DNA of 64,000 nucleotides, from positions 434,001 to 498,000 of the forward strand of contig NIVC01000175.1 in assembly GCA_002269645.1 (NCBI GenBank), in the 5' to 3' direction. The notes below the pieces were generated by a model that made no database searches, was not told the DNA's origin, and saw only the letters and a program-made list of their open reading frames with translations. Each line of letters opens with the position of its first letter. Position 1 is the stretch's first letter. The DNA is from Macrostomum lignano. Taxonomy: Eukaryota. The position numbers and the translations under genes are program-made. Shown here piece by piece: positions 24,848 to 37,962 of this stretch.

Positions 24848-27827
24848 CTAGCAATCTACGCCCCCCGTTGGGGAGCCAAATAAATGCAATACACGTTTTT
24901 TTAATAAGCTACATGTATCCTTGAAATCTTAAAAAATCTCCTGTCAAACCTTGTAAGCCTTGACATGTCAGTAATTCCCCCCCCCACAAGCTTTGACATA
25001 TCAACTTCCCCCCCTTGACATCTCAGCAATGCCCCCAATAAGCCTTGGAAATCTAAAAATATCTGTCAACCTTCTAGCCCTAGCCTAACCCTAACCCTAA
25101 CCCTAGCCCTAACCCTAACCCTAACCCTAACCAACATTGAAATTTCAGTAATTCTCTCTAAGAGTCACTATAGCACTACTACAGCATTATAGCGATTTCC
25201 TGCAAGCCTCGACATCGTAGGGATTCCCAAATGAATCTCTTAACTTCGACATGAAGCTTCTTTTATTTTTTACATTACGCTTTTTTATCAGCGATCCCTC
25301 CCTGAGGAGGCATCAAATAATGTAATAAAAAGTTTTCAATAAACTACATGTAGCTTCTGACTTTAGCCTTGAAATCTCATTTATACCCGTGAGCCTTGAC
25401 ATCTCAGCTATTCCCCCGTAAGCCTTAACATGTCAGCGATGGCCCCATAAACCTTGAAATCTAAAAAATCCCCTGTTATTCTGTTAACCTTGAAACCCGA
25501 TAAAATATAACCCTCAACCCACACCTGACCTAAACCTAACTTTAACCCAACCTAAAGCCTTGAAATCTCAGCAATTCTTCTCCCTAAGCCTTGACATTTT
25601 AGTGATTCCTTCTTTAAGAATCACAGCACTATAACGATTTCCACCAAGCTTTGACATCGTAGCAATTCCCAAATGAATCTTTTAACTTGAACATGACTTT
25701 TCTTTATGTATAGCTCGTACATACGCTCGTAGTGCTACTTTTATTTTTTACATGACTCTTCTTCTATAAGCGCCTCCCGTGGCGAGCCAACAAAGAATGC
25801 AATAAAAAAATTGAGTAAAGTACATGAACTTTAAGTAGCTTCTGACTTTTGCTTTGACATCTCAGAAACCCCCCCCCCGTAATCTCAGCAGTTATTCTCT
25901 GAGAGCCTTTACGTCTCAGTTTTTCTCCCCAGCACAGCATTATAGCTGCATTTAATTTTTGATTTTTATGATTTTCTATGATTTTTAAATGACGCTTCTA
26001 CGATTTTTACATGACGCTTCTATGATTTTTTACATGACGCTTCTATGATTTTTTACATGACGCTTCTACGATTTTTATATGACGCTTCTATGATTTTTTA
26101 AAAGACGCTTCTATGATTTTTTAATGACGCTTCTATGATTTTTTACATGACGCTTCTATGATTTTTTACATGACGCTTCTATGATTGTTTACATGACGCT
26201 TCTATGATTGTTTACATGACGCTTCTATGACTTTTTAAATGACGCATCTATGATTTTTATATGACGCTTCTATGATTTTTTACATGACGCTTCTATGATT
26301 GTTTACATGACGCTTCTATGATTTTTTACATGACGCTTCTATGATTTTTTACATGACGCTTCTATGATTTTTATATGACGCTTCTATGATTTTTTACATG
26401 ACGCTTCTATGATTGTTTACATGACGCTTCTATGATTTTTTAATGACGCTTCTATGATTTTTTAATGACGCTTCTATGATTTTTTACATGACGCTTCTAT
26501 GATTTTTTACATGACGCTTCTATGATTGTTTACATGACGCTTCTATGATTGTTTACATGACGCTTCTATGATTTTTTACATGACGCTTCTATGATTGTTT
26601 TTATGACGCTTCTATGATTGTTTACATGACGCTTCTATGATTGTTTACATGACGCTTCTATGACTTTTTAAATGACGCATCTATGATTTTTATATGACGC
26701 TTCTATGATTTTTTACATGACGCTTCTATGATTGTTTACATGACGCTTCTATGATTTTTTACATGACGCTTCTATGATTTTTTACATGACGCTTCTATGA
26801 TTTTTATATGACGCTTCTATGATTTTTTACATGACGCTTCTATGATTGTTTACATGACGCTTCTATGATTTTTTAAATGACGCTTCTATGATTTTTTAAT
26901 GACGCTTCTATGATTTTTTACATGACGCTTCTATGATTTTTTACATGACGCTTCTATGATTGTTTACATGACGCTTCTATGATTGTTTACATGACGCTTC
27001 TATGATTTTTTACATGACGCTTCTATGATTGTTTTTTATGACGCTTCTATGATTGTTTACATGACGCTTCTATGATTGTTTACATGACGCTTCTATGATT
27101 TTTTAAATTACGCTTCTATGATTTTTTTTAGATACGCTTCTATGATTTTTTAAATGACGCTTCTACGATTTTTTACATGACGCTTCTATGATTGTTTACA
27201 TGACGCTTCTATGATTTTTACATGACGCTTCTTTTTAAAAAGTCTTTTAGTTTTCCTGATGTTGAAAAGCTTTAATTAAAAAATTATACTCTATGAAAAT
27301 TCGAACCAATTCGAACCAAACTGCATTTAGCAGTTCAGTTTGTTCACCTCTAGGCTAGCTCTCATCGTTTTGATAACATCAAATTTTGCACTTATATAAT
27401 TCAACACTTTAAAATCCAAGCATAGAGTAAATTACACGAAGCAGTTATGACATAATCAGTTTCTCAGTCAGTCAGTATCAGTTAACAATATGGTTACGCA
27501 ATTTAAATCAAGTCTGGTGCTACGCTTCCACACTGAGTTACAATTCAGTTATGATGCAATCTATTTCAGAATCAGAATTCAACCAGTCAGTTTTTTCTCT
27601 AGCATTCTTACAATGCATTTCAAGTCGAAAAGTTTGCTTGACCTTTGCAAAAAGCATGTTTTTCGAATATTTAATGCCTTTAGCATCGAGCAATTTCTTA
27701 GCCACGATGCATGTACCGTCACGGGAAAATTTCTGATCGAACAGTGCAAGTTCGAACAAAATCGGTCCAGCCATTTTTTCTCTAATCGATCACATAGACA
27801 CAGACAGACCATTTTTAGTATATAGGA
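24848..27827 (-). mobile_element. Helitron unit 3, non-autonomous B-type (3.0 kb)
   Basis: Same termini as unit 2; satellite B at about 25965-27232. Confidence 0.88.
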
Positions 27828-30800
27828 CTAGCAATCTACGCCCCCGTTGGGGAGCCAAATAAATGCAATACACGTTTTTTTAATAAGCTACATGTATCCT
27901 TGAAATCTTAAAAAATCTCCTGTCAAACCTTGTAAGCCTTGACATGTCAGTAATTCCCCCCCACAAGCTTTGACATATCAACTTCCCCCCTTGACATCTC
28001 AGCAATGCCCCAATAAGCCTTGGAAATCTAAAAATATCTGTCAACCTTCTAACCCTAGCCTAACCCTAACCCTAACCCTAGCCCTAACCCTAACCCTAAC
28101 CCTAACCAACATTGAAATTTCAGTAATTCTCTCTAAGAGTCACTATAGCACTACTACAGCATTATAGCGATTTCCTGCAAGCCTCGACATCGTAGGGATT
28201 CCCAAATGAATCTCTTAACTTCGACATGAAGCTTCTTTTATTTTTTACATTACGCTTTTTTTATCAGCGATCCCTCCCCTGAGGAGGCATCAAATAATGT
28301 AATAAAAAGTTTTCAATAAACTACATGTAGCTTCTGACTTTAGCCTTGAAATCTCATTTATACCCCGTGAGCCTTGACATCTCAGCTATTCCCCCCGTAA
28401 GCCTTAACATGTCAGCGATGGCCTCCATAAACCTTGAAATCTAAAAAATCCCCTGTTATTCTGTTAACCTTGAAACCCGATAAAATATAACCCTCAACCC
28501 ACACCTGACCTAAACCTAACTTTAACCCAACCTAAAGCCTTGAAATCTCAGCAATTCTTCTCCCCTAAGCCTTGACATTTTAGTGATTCCTTCTTTAAGA
28601 ATCACAGCACTATAACGATTTCCACCAAGCTTTGACATCGTAGCAATTCCCAAATGAATCTTTTAACTTGAACATGACTTTTCTTTTATGTATAGCTCGT
28701 ACATACGCTCGTAGTGCTACTTTTATTTTTTACATGACTCTTCTTCTATAAGCGCCTCCCGTGGCGAGCCAACAAAGAATGCAATAAAAAAATTGAGTAA
28801 AGTACATGAACTTTGAAGTAGCTTCTGACTTTTGCTTTGACATCTCAGAAACCCCCCCCCCCGTAATCTCAGCAGTTATTCTCTGAGAGCCTTTACGTCT
28901 CAGTTTTTCTCCCCAGCACAGCATTATAGCTGCATTTAATTTTTGATTTTTATGATTTTCTATGATTTTTAAATGACGCTTCTACGATTTTTACATGACG
29001 CTTCTATGATTTTTTACATGACGCTTCTATGATTTTTTACATGACGCTTCTATGATTGTTTACATGACGCTTCTATGATTTTTTAAATGACGCTTCTATG
29101 ATTGTTTACATGACGCTTCTATGATTGTTTACATGACGCTTCTATGATTTTTTACATGACGCTTCTATGATTGTTTACATGACGCTTCTATGATTGTTTA
29201 CATGACGCTTCTATGATTGTTTACATGACGCTTCTATGATTCTTTACGTGACGCTTTTATGATTTTCACATGACGCTTCTATGATTTTTTAAATGACGCA
29301 TCTATGATTTTTATATGACGCTTCTATGATTTTTTTAAATGACGCTTCTATGATTGTTTACATGATGCTTCTATGATTTTTTAAATGACGCATCTATGAT
29401 TTTTTTACATGACGCTTCTATGATTTTTTAAATGACGCTTCTATGATTGTTTATATGACGCTTCTATGATTGTTTACATGACGCTTCTATGATTTTTACA
29501 TGACGCTTCTATGATTGTTTACATGACGCTTCTATGATTGTTTACATGACGCTTCTATGATTGTTTACATGACGCTTCTATGATTCTTTACGTGACGCTT
29601 TTATGATTTTCACATGACGCTTCTATGATTTTTTAAATGACGCATCTATGATTTTTATATGACGCTTCTATGATTTTTAAATGACGCTTCTATGATTGTT
29701 TACATGATGCTTCTATGATTTTTTAAATGACGCATCTATGATTTTTTTACATGACGCTTCTATGATTTTTACATGACGCTTCTATGATTGTTTACATGAC
29801 GCTACTATGATTTTTTACATGATGCTTCTATGATTGTTTACATGACGCTTCTATGATTGTTTACATGACGCTTCTATGATTTTTTCATGACGCTTCTGTG
29901 ATTGTTTACATGACGCTTCTATGATTGTTTACATGATGCTTTTATGATTGCTTACATGACGCTTCTATGATTGTTTACATGACGCTTCTATGATTGTTTA
30001 CATGACGCTTCTATGATTGCTTACATGACGCTTCTATGATTGTTTACATGACTCTTCTATGATTTTTTACATGACGCTTCTATGGTTGTTTACATGACGC
30101 TTCTATGATTTTTACATGACGCTTCTATGATTTTTTATATGACGCTTCTATGATTTTTTTAAATGATGCATCTATGATTTTTATATGACGCTTCTATGAT
30201 TTTTTACATGACGCTTCTATGATTGTTTACATGACGCTTCCATGATTTTTTAAATGACGCATCTATGATTTTTGCATGACGCTTCTATGATTTTTTAAAT
30301 GACGCTTCTACGATTTTTTACATGACGCTTCTATGATTGTTTACATGACGCTTCTATGATTGTTTACATGACGCTTCTATGATTGTTTACATGACGCTTC
30401 TATGATTTTTTACATGACGCTTCTATAATTGTTTACATGACGCTTCTATGATTTTTTACATGACGCTTCTATGATTGTTTACATGACGCTTCTATGATTG
30501 TTTACATGACGCTTCTATGATTCTTTACGTGACGCTTCTATGATTTTCACATGACGCTTCTATGATTGTTTACATGACGCTTCCATGATTTTTTAAATGA
30601 CGCATCTATGATTTTTATATGACGCTTCTATGATTTTTTTAAATGACGCTTCTATGATTGTTTACATGATGCTTCTATGATTTTTTAAATGACGCATCTA
30701 TGATTTTTATATGATGCTTCTATGATTTTTAAATGACGCTTCTATGATTGTTTACATGATGCTTCTATGGTTTTTTAAATGACGCATCTATGATTTTTAT

Positions 30801-33800
30801 ATGATGCTTCTATGATTTTTTAAATGACGCATCTATGATTTTTATATGACGCTTCTATAATTTTTTATATGACGCTTCTACGATTTTTTACATGACGCTA
30901 CTATGATTTTTACATGACGCTTCTTTTTAAAAAGTCTTTTAGTTTTCCTGACGTTGAAAACTTTAATTAAAAAAATTATACTCTATGAAAATTCGAACCA
31001 TCGTCGCTGCATTTAGCAGTTCAGTCTGTTCACCTCTAGGCATCTATGATGCATCTATGATTTTTATATGACGCTTCTATGATTTTTTACATGACGCTTC
31101 TATGATTGTTTACATGACGCTTCCATGATTTTTTAAATGACGCTTCTACGATTTTTTACATGACGCTTCTATGATTGTTTACATGACGCTTCTATGATTG
31201 TTTACATGACGCTTCTATGATTGTTTACATGACGCTTCTATGATTTTTTTACATGACGCTTCTATAATTGTTTACATGACGCTTCTATGATTTTTTACAT
31301 GACGCTTCTATGATTGTTTACATGACGCTTCTAGATGATTGTTTACATGACGCTTCTATGATTCTTTACGTGACGCTTCTATGATTTTCACATGACGCTT
31401 CTATGATTGTTTACATGACGCTTCCATGATTTTTTAAATGACGCATCTATGATTTTTATATGACGCTTCTATGATTTTTTTAAATGACGCTTCTATGATT
31501 TTTATATGACGCTTCTATGATTTTTTACATGACGCTTCTATGATTGTTTACATGACGCTTCCATGATTTTTTAAATGACGCTTCTACGATTTTTTACATG
31601 ACGCTTCTATGATTGTTTACATGACGCTTCTATGATTGTTTACATGACGCTTCTATGATTGTTTACATGACGCTTCTATGATTTTTTTACATGACGCTTC
31701 TATAATTGTTTACATGACGCTTCTATGATTTTTTACATGACGCTTCTATGATTGTTTACATGACGCTTCTAGATGATTGTTTACATGACGCTTCTATGAT
31801 TCTTTACGTGACGCTTCTATGATTTTCACATGACGCTTCTATGATTGTTTACATGACGCTTCCATGATTTTTTAAATGACGCATCTATGATTTTTATATG
31901 ACGCTTCTATGATTTTTTTAAATGACGCTTCTATGATTGTTTACATGATGCTTCTATGATTTTTTAAATGACGCATCTATGATTTTTATATGATGCTTCT
32001 ATGATTTTTTAAATGACGCTTCTTTGATTGTTTACATGATGCTTCTATGGTTTTTTAAATGACGCATCTATGATTTTTATATGATGCTTCTATGATTTTT
32101 TAAATGACGCATCTATGATTTTTATATGACGCTTCTATAATTTTTTATATGACGCTTCTACGATTTTTTACATGACGCTACTATGATTTTTACATGACGC
32201 TTCTTTTTAAAAAGTCTTTTAGTTTTCCTGACGTTGAAAAGCTTTAATTAAAAAAATTATACTCTATGAAAATTCGAACCATCGTCGCTGCATTTAGCAG
32301 TTCAGTCTGTTCACCTCTAGGCATCTATGATGCATCTATGATTTTTATATGACGCTTCTATGATTTTTTACATGACGCTTCTATGATTGTTTACATGACG
32401 CTTCCATGATTTTTTAAATGACGCATCTATGATTTTTGCATGACGCTTCTATGATTTTTTAAATGACGCTTCTACGATTTTTTACATGACGCTTCTATGA
32501 TTGTTTACATGACGCTTCTATGATTGTTTACATGACGCTTCTATGATTGTTTACATGACGCTTCTATGATTTTTTTACATGACGCTTCTATAATTGTTTA
32601 CATGACGCTTCTATGATTTTTTAAATGACGCTTCTACGATTTTTTACATGACGCTTCTATGATTGTTTACATGACGCTTCTATGATTGTTTACATGACGC
32701 TTCTATGATTGTTTACATGACGCTTCTATGATTTTTTTACATGACGCTTCTATAATTGTTTACATGACGCTTCTATGATTTTTTACATGACGCTTCTATG
32801 ATTGTTTACATGACGCTTCTAGATGATTGTTTACATGACGCTTCTATGATTCTTTACGTGACGCTTCTATGATTTTCACATGACGCTTCTATGATTGTTT
32901 ACATGACGCTTCCATGATTTTTTAAATGACGCATCTATGATTTTTATATGACGCTTCTATGATTTTTTTAAATGACGCTTCTATGATTGTTTACATGATG
33001 CTTCTATGATTTTTTAAATGACGCATCTATGATTTTTATATGATGCTTCTATGATTTTTTAAATGACGCTTCTTTGATTGTTTACATGATGCTTCTATGG
33101 TTTTTTAAATGACGCATCTATGATTTTTATATGATGCTTCTATGATTTTTTAAATGACGCATCTATGATTTTTATATGACGCTTCTATAATTTTTTATAT
33201 GACGCTTCTACGATTTTTTACATGACGCTACTATGATTTTTACATGACGCTTCTTTTTAAAAAGTCTTTTAGTTTTCCTGACGTTGAAAAGCTTTAATTA
33301 AAAAAATTATACTCTATGAAAATTCGAACCATCGTCGCTGCATTTAGCAGTTCAGTCTGTTCACCTCTAGGCTAGTTCTCATCTTTTTGATAACATCAAA
33401 TTTTGCACTTATATATATATATAATTCAACAGTTTAAAATCCAAGCATAGAGTAAATCACACGAAGCAGTTATGACATAATCAGTTTCTCAGTCAGTCAG
33501 TATCAGTTAACAATATGGTTACGCAATTTAAATCAAGTCTGGTGCTACGCTTCCACACTAGCCTGCATTTTCAATTCAAGTCGGAGTTACAATTCAGTGA
33601 TGATGCAATCTATTTCAGAACCAGAATTCAACCAGTCAGTTTTTTCTCTAGCATTCTTACAATGCATTTCAAGTCGAAAAGTTTGCTTGACCTTTGCAAA
33701 AAAGCATGTTTTTCGAATATTTAATGCCTTTAGCATCGAGCAATTTCTTAGCCGCGATGCATGTACAGTCACGGGAAAATTTCTGATCGAACAGTGCAAG

Positions 33801-33897
33801 TTTGAACAAAATCGGTCCAGCCATTTTTTCTCTAATCGATCACATAGATAGATAGATAGATAGATAGACACAGACAGACCATTTTTAGTATATAGGA
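27828..33897 (-). mobile_element. Helitron unit 4, non-autonomous B-type (6.1 kb)
   Basis: Same termini; satellite B at about 28945-33255 with internal higher-order repeats; (GATA)n near the 5' end. Confidence 0.88.
28945..33255. repeat. Satellite B array interrupted by re-duplicated array-flank blocks
   Basis: The ~125-bp non-satellite block (...CTTTTTAAAAAGTCTTTTAG...CACCTCTAGGC) recurs at about 30915-31041, 32195-32322 and 33245-33371. Confidence 0.85.
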
Positions 33898-36800
33898 CTA
33901 GCAATCTTCGCCCCCCGATGGGGGACATCTGGATAGAATCTCTGTTTTCTAAAGTAACAAAAAGACAGCCAAAAATCCTTCAAAAAGACAACAGACAAAC
34001 TGCTCAAATGAAGTGCATTGCAAAAAGAAATCATCCCAAGACTGCAAGCATCCCCCAGATAGCAAGCATCCCCTAGATAGCAAGCATCCCCAAGATGGCA
34101 AGCATCCCCCAGATAGCAAGCATCCCCCAGATTGCAAGCATCCCCAGATAGCAAGCATCCCCAAGATAGCAAGCATCCCTCAGATAGCAAGCATCCCCCA
34201 GATAGCAAGCATCCCCCAGATAGCAAGCATCCCCCAGATAGCAAGCATCCCCAGAAAGCAAGCATCCCCCAGATAGCAAGCATCCCCAGATAGCAAGCAT
34301 CCCCCAGATAGCAAGCATCCCCAGATAGCAAGCATCCCCCAGATAGCAAGCATCCCCCAGATAGCAAGCATCCCCCAGATAGCAAGCATCCCCCAGATAG
34401 CAAGCATCCCCAAGATAGATAGCATCCCCAAATAGCAAGCATCCACCAGACAATAAGTAGCTAGTGCGACAATTTCCTTAGCATTATAGCGGCTCCTTTA
34501 AAATTCGCTTACTTTTACGTTTGAAATTGTGTATCTTTTTATGTTTAACAGGGTGGCTCTTTTATGTTCTACGCTCGTACATGGTAACTCTTTTATGTTT
34601 GATACGGTGGCTTTTCAATGTCTGACATAGTGGCTCTTCTATGTTTGACATGGGGGCTCTTCTATGTTTGACATGGGGGCTCTTCTATGTTTGACATGGG
34701 GGCTCTTCTATGTTTGACATGGGGGCTCTTCTATGTTTTACAAAGTGGCTTTTTAATGTTCAAAAAGGTGGCTCTTTTATGTTTGACATGGTGGCTCTTT
34801 AATGTTTGACATGGTGGCTCTTTAATGTTTGACATGGTGGCTCTTTAATGTTAGACAAAGTAGCTCTTTAATGTTTGACATGGTGGCTCTTTAATGTTAG
34901 ACAAAGTAGCTCTTTAATGTTTGACATGATGGCTCTTTAATGATAGACATGGTGGCTCTTTAATTTTTGACATGGTGGCTCTTTAATGTTGGACATGGTG
35001 GCTCTTTAATGTTAGACATGGTGGCTCTTTAATGTTCGATATAAAGTCACTTATATGTTTGACATGATGGCTCTTTTATGTTTAACATGGTGGCTCTTTA
35101 ATGTTTGACATGGTAGCTCTTTTATGTTCGACATGGTGGCTCTTTAATGTTCGACATGGTGGCTCTTTTATGTTCGACATGGTGTCGCTTCAATGTTTGA
35201 CATGGAGTTACGTATATGTTTTACATGGTGGCTCTTTTATGTTCGACGTGGTGGCTCTTTAATGTTTGACATGGGGTCTCTTCAATGTTTGACATGGAGT
35301 TACGTATATGTTTGACATGGTGGCTCTTTAATGTTTTACATGGTGGCACTTTCATGTTTGACCTGGTGGCTCTTAAATGTTTGACATGGTGGCTCTGTAA
35401 TGTTTGACATGGTGTCTCTTTAACGTTTGACATAGAGTCATGTATATGTTTGACATGGTGGCTCTTAAATGTTTGACATGGTGGCTCTTTAATATTTGAC
35501 ATGGTGGCCCTTTTATGTTCGACATGGTGGCTCTTTAATGTTTGACATGGAGTCATATATATGTTTGACCTGGTGGCTCTTGTATTTTTAACACGTTGGC
35601 TCTTTAATGTTCGACATGGTGGCTCTTAAATGTCTAACATGGAGTCACGTATATGTTTGACATGGAGTCATGTATATGTCTGGTATGGTAGCTCTTTAAT
35701 GTTTTACATGGAGTCACCTATATGTTTCACATGGTGGCTATTTTATGTTTGACATGGTGCTTCTTAAATGTTCGACATGGTGGCTCTTTAATGTTTTACA
35801 TGGTGGCACTTTCATGTTTGACCTGGTGGCTCTTTAATGTTTGACATGGTGGCTCTTTAATATTTGACATGGTGGCCCTTTTATGTTCGACATGGTGGCT
35901 CTTTAATGTTTGACATGGAGTCATGTATATGTTTGACCTGGTGGCTCTTTAATGTTTGACATGGTGGCTCTTTAATGTTTTACATGGTGGCACTTTCATG
36001 TTTGACCTGGTGGCTCTTTAATGTTTGACATGGTGGCTCTTTAATATTTGACATGGTGGCCCTTTTATGTTCGACATGGTGGCTCTTTAATGTTTGACAT
36101 GGAGTCATGTATATGTTTGACCTGGTGGCACTTTCATGTTTGACCTGGTGGCTCTTTAATGTTTGACATGGTGGCTTTTTAATATTTGACATGGTGGCAC
36201 TTTCATGTTTGACCTGGTGGGTCTTTAATGTTTGACATGGTACCTCTTTTATGTTCGACATGGTGGCTCTTTAATGTTTTACATGGTGGCTCTTTAATGT
36301 TTGACATGGTGGCTCTTTAATGTTTGATAAGGTGGCTCTTTAATGTTTGACATTGTGGCTCTTTAATATTTGACAAGGTGGCTCTTTAATGTTTAAAATG
36401 GTGGCTCTTTAATTTTCGAAATGGTGGCTGTTTTATGTTTGACATGGTGGCTCTTTAATGTTCGACATGGTGGCTCTTTAATGTTCTTAATGGTGTCTGT
36501 TTTATGTTTGACCTGGCGGCTCTTTAATGTTTGACATGGTAACTCTTTTAGGTTTGAAATGGTGTCTCTTTAATGTTTGCCATTGTGGCTCTTTAATGTT
36601 TGACATGGTGGCTTTTTAATGTTCGACATGGTGGCTCTTTTAGGTTTGAAATGGTAACTCTTGTATGTTTGATATGGTGGCTCTTTTATGTTCGACATGG
36701 TGGCTCTTTAATGTTTGACATTGTGGCTCTTTAATGTTTGAAATGGTGGCTCTTTAATGTTTCGACATGGTGGCTCTTTAATGTTGAGAATTTTGTGTTT

Positions 36801-37372
36801 TTTAACGTGTTTTAATAAAAAAAAACATTTTTCACCACTAAGATTCGAACCAAGGTCGCTACATTAGCATTCCAGTCTGTTTGCATCCGGCTATCTCTTT
36901 TCAATTGGAGAACATGACTTGTGGCCCTTATAATTCAATACTTATAGCAAGTCGGTAAGAGTAAAAAGTTATGACATAATCAATTTCTCAGTCAGCCAGT
37001 ATCAGTCTCAATTCAAGTTAGCAATATGGTTACGCAATTTCAATGAAGTCTTGTGTGCGTTTCTGTGGCACTGTTTTCACTTTGTTGTGATGCAATCTTT
37101 ATCACAATCGTAATTCAGCCAGTCAGTTTTTTCTCTAGCATTCTTACAATGCATTTCAAGTCAAAAATTTGGCTTGACCTTTGCAAAAAAGCATGTTTTT
37201 CGAATATTTAATCCCTTTAACATTGAGCAATTTCTTAGCCAAGATACATGTACCGTCCCAGGAACATTTCTGATCGAATGGTGCAAGTTTGAAGAAAATC
37301 GGTTGAGCCATTTTTTCTGAAATCTATCGCATAGCTAGTTAGTTACAGACATTTCATTTTTAGTATATAGGA
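33898..37372 (-). mobile_element. Helitron unit 5, non-autonomous A-type (3.5 kb), apparent internal-deletion relative of unit 1
   Basis: The 3' region (33898-34530) matches 9342-9690. It carries the same 20-bp and 23-bp A repeats. The 5' region matches 19400-19757 more closely than the B units do. Confidence 0.88.
34540..36785. repeat. 23-bp satellite A array in unit 5
   Basis: Direct reading. Confidence 0.92.
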
Positions 37373-37708
37373 TTTTGGCTTAACAATAATATTTGGAAAA
37401 TAGTTCAATAGTGAAATAACATGAATTATCCATAAAATATATGGTACAAAGAATATGAGATGTCAAGGCTTACTGGGGGAATTGCAGAGATGTCAAGACT
37501 TACTGGGGGAATTGCTGAGATGTCAAGGCTTACTGGGGGAATTGCTGAGATGTCAAGGCTTACTGGGGGAATTGCTGAGATGTCAAGGCTTACTGGGGGA
37601 ATTGCTGAGATGTCAAGGCTTACTGGGGGAATTGCTGAGATGTCAAGGCTTACTGGGGGAATTGCAGAGATGTCAAGGCTTACTGGGGGAATTGCTGAGA
37701 TGTCAAGG

Positions 37709-37962
37709 TGTTGTATCGTGACTTGACTTGAAGTGCGCAGTGTGGGGCTGCACCCCAATTGTTATTGGCGCTGAGTTTAGGACTGCTTGCTCTCTCCCCG
37801 CCTGCTCTGTCTGTCAATGTACGCTTATGCCTAACCGTCTAATCTATTAGCTGATGCTTTACTCGTATCTGCATGTACATCTATGTGCAATGCCAACTAC
37901 AATAAATAACAACCTCTCGCCCATTTGCGGCTCAAGTTTGGCTAGCCAGCCACGACACAACA
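37709..37962 (+). repeat. 5' LTR (254 bp)
   Basis: Starts TGTTGTATCGTG, ends CACGACACAACA (terminal inverted repeat), contains AATAAA, and matches the 3' LTR with no difference seen. Confidence 0.96.

Larger units (their letters stand above)
9342..37372 (-). mobile_element. Head-to-tail array of five Helitron (Helitron1-type) units in a single A|T target site
   Basis: Outer 5' end A|TCCTATATACTAAAAATG at 37372. Outer 3' end is a hairpin (9354-9370) followed by GAAGATTG-CTAG|T at 9342. Four internal CTAG|TCCTATATACTAAAAATG junctions at 19757/19758, 24847/24848, 27827/27828 and 33897/33898. Confidence 0.9.

Noticed and set aside
9690-36785. 23-bp repeat arrays as CRISPR arrays
   Set aside because: Monomers are contiguous with no unique spacers, there are no cas genes, and the context is eukaryotic.
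9342-37372. Helentron/DINE-1 (HINE) interpretation of the repeated units
   Set aside because: The termini are canonical Helitron1 (5'-TC, 3' hairpin + CTAG, A|T target), not subterminal inverted repeats in a TT target.
33885-37758. GDACYL, MSNIKEPP and MSRLTGGIAE repeat ORFs (also 9332-10591 and 41986-42834)
   Set aside because: Translations of the 20-, 23- and 30-bp tandem repeats.
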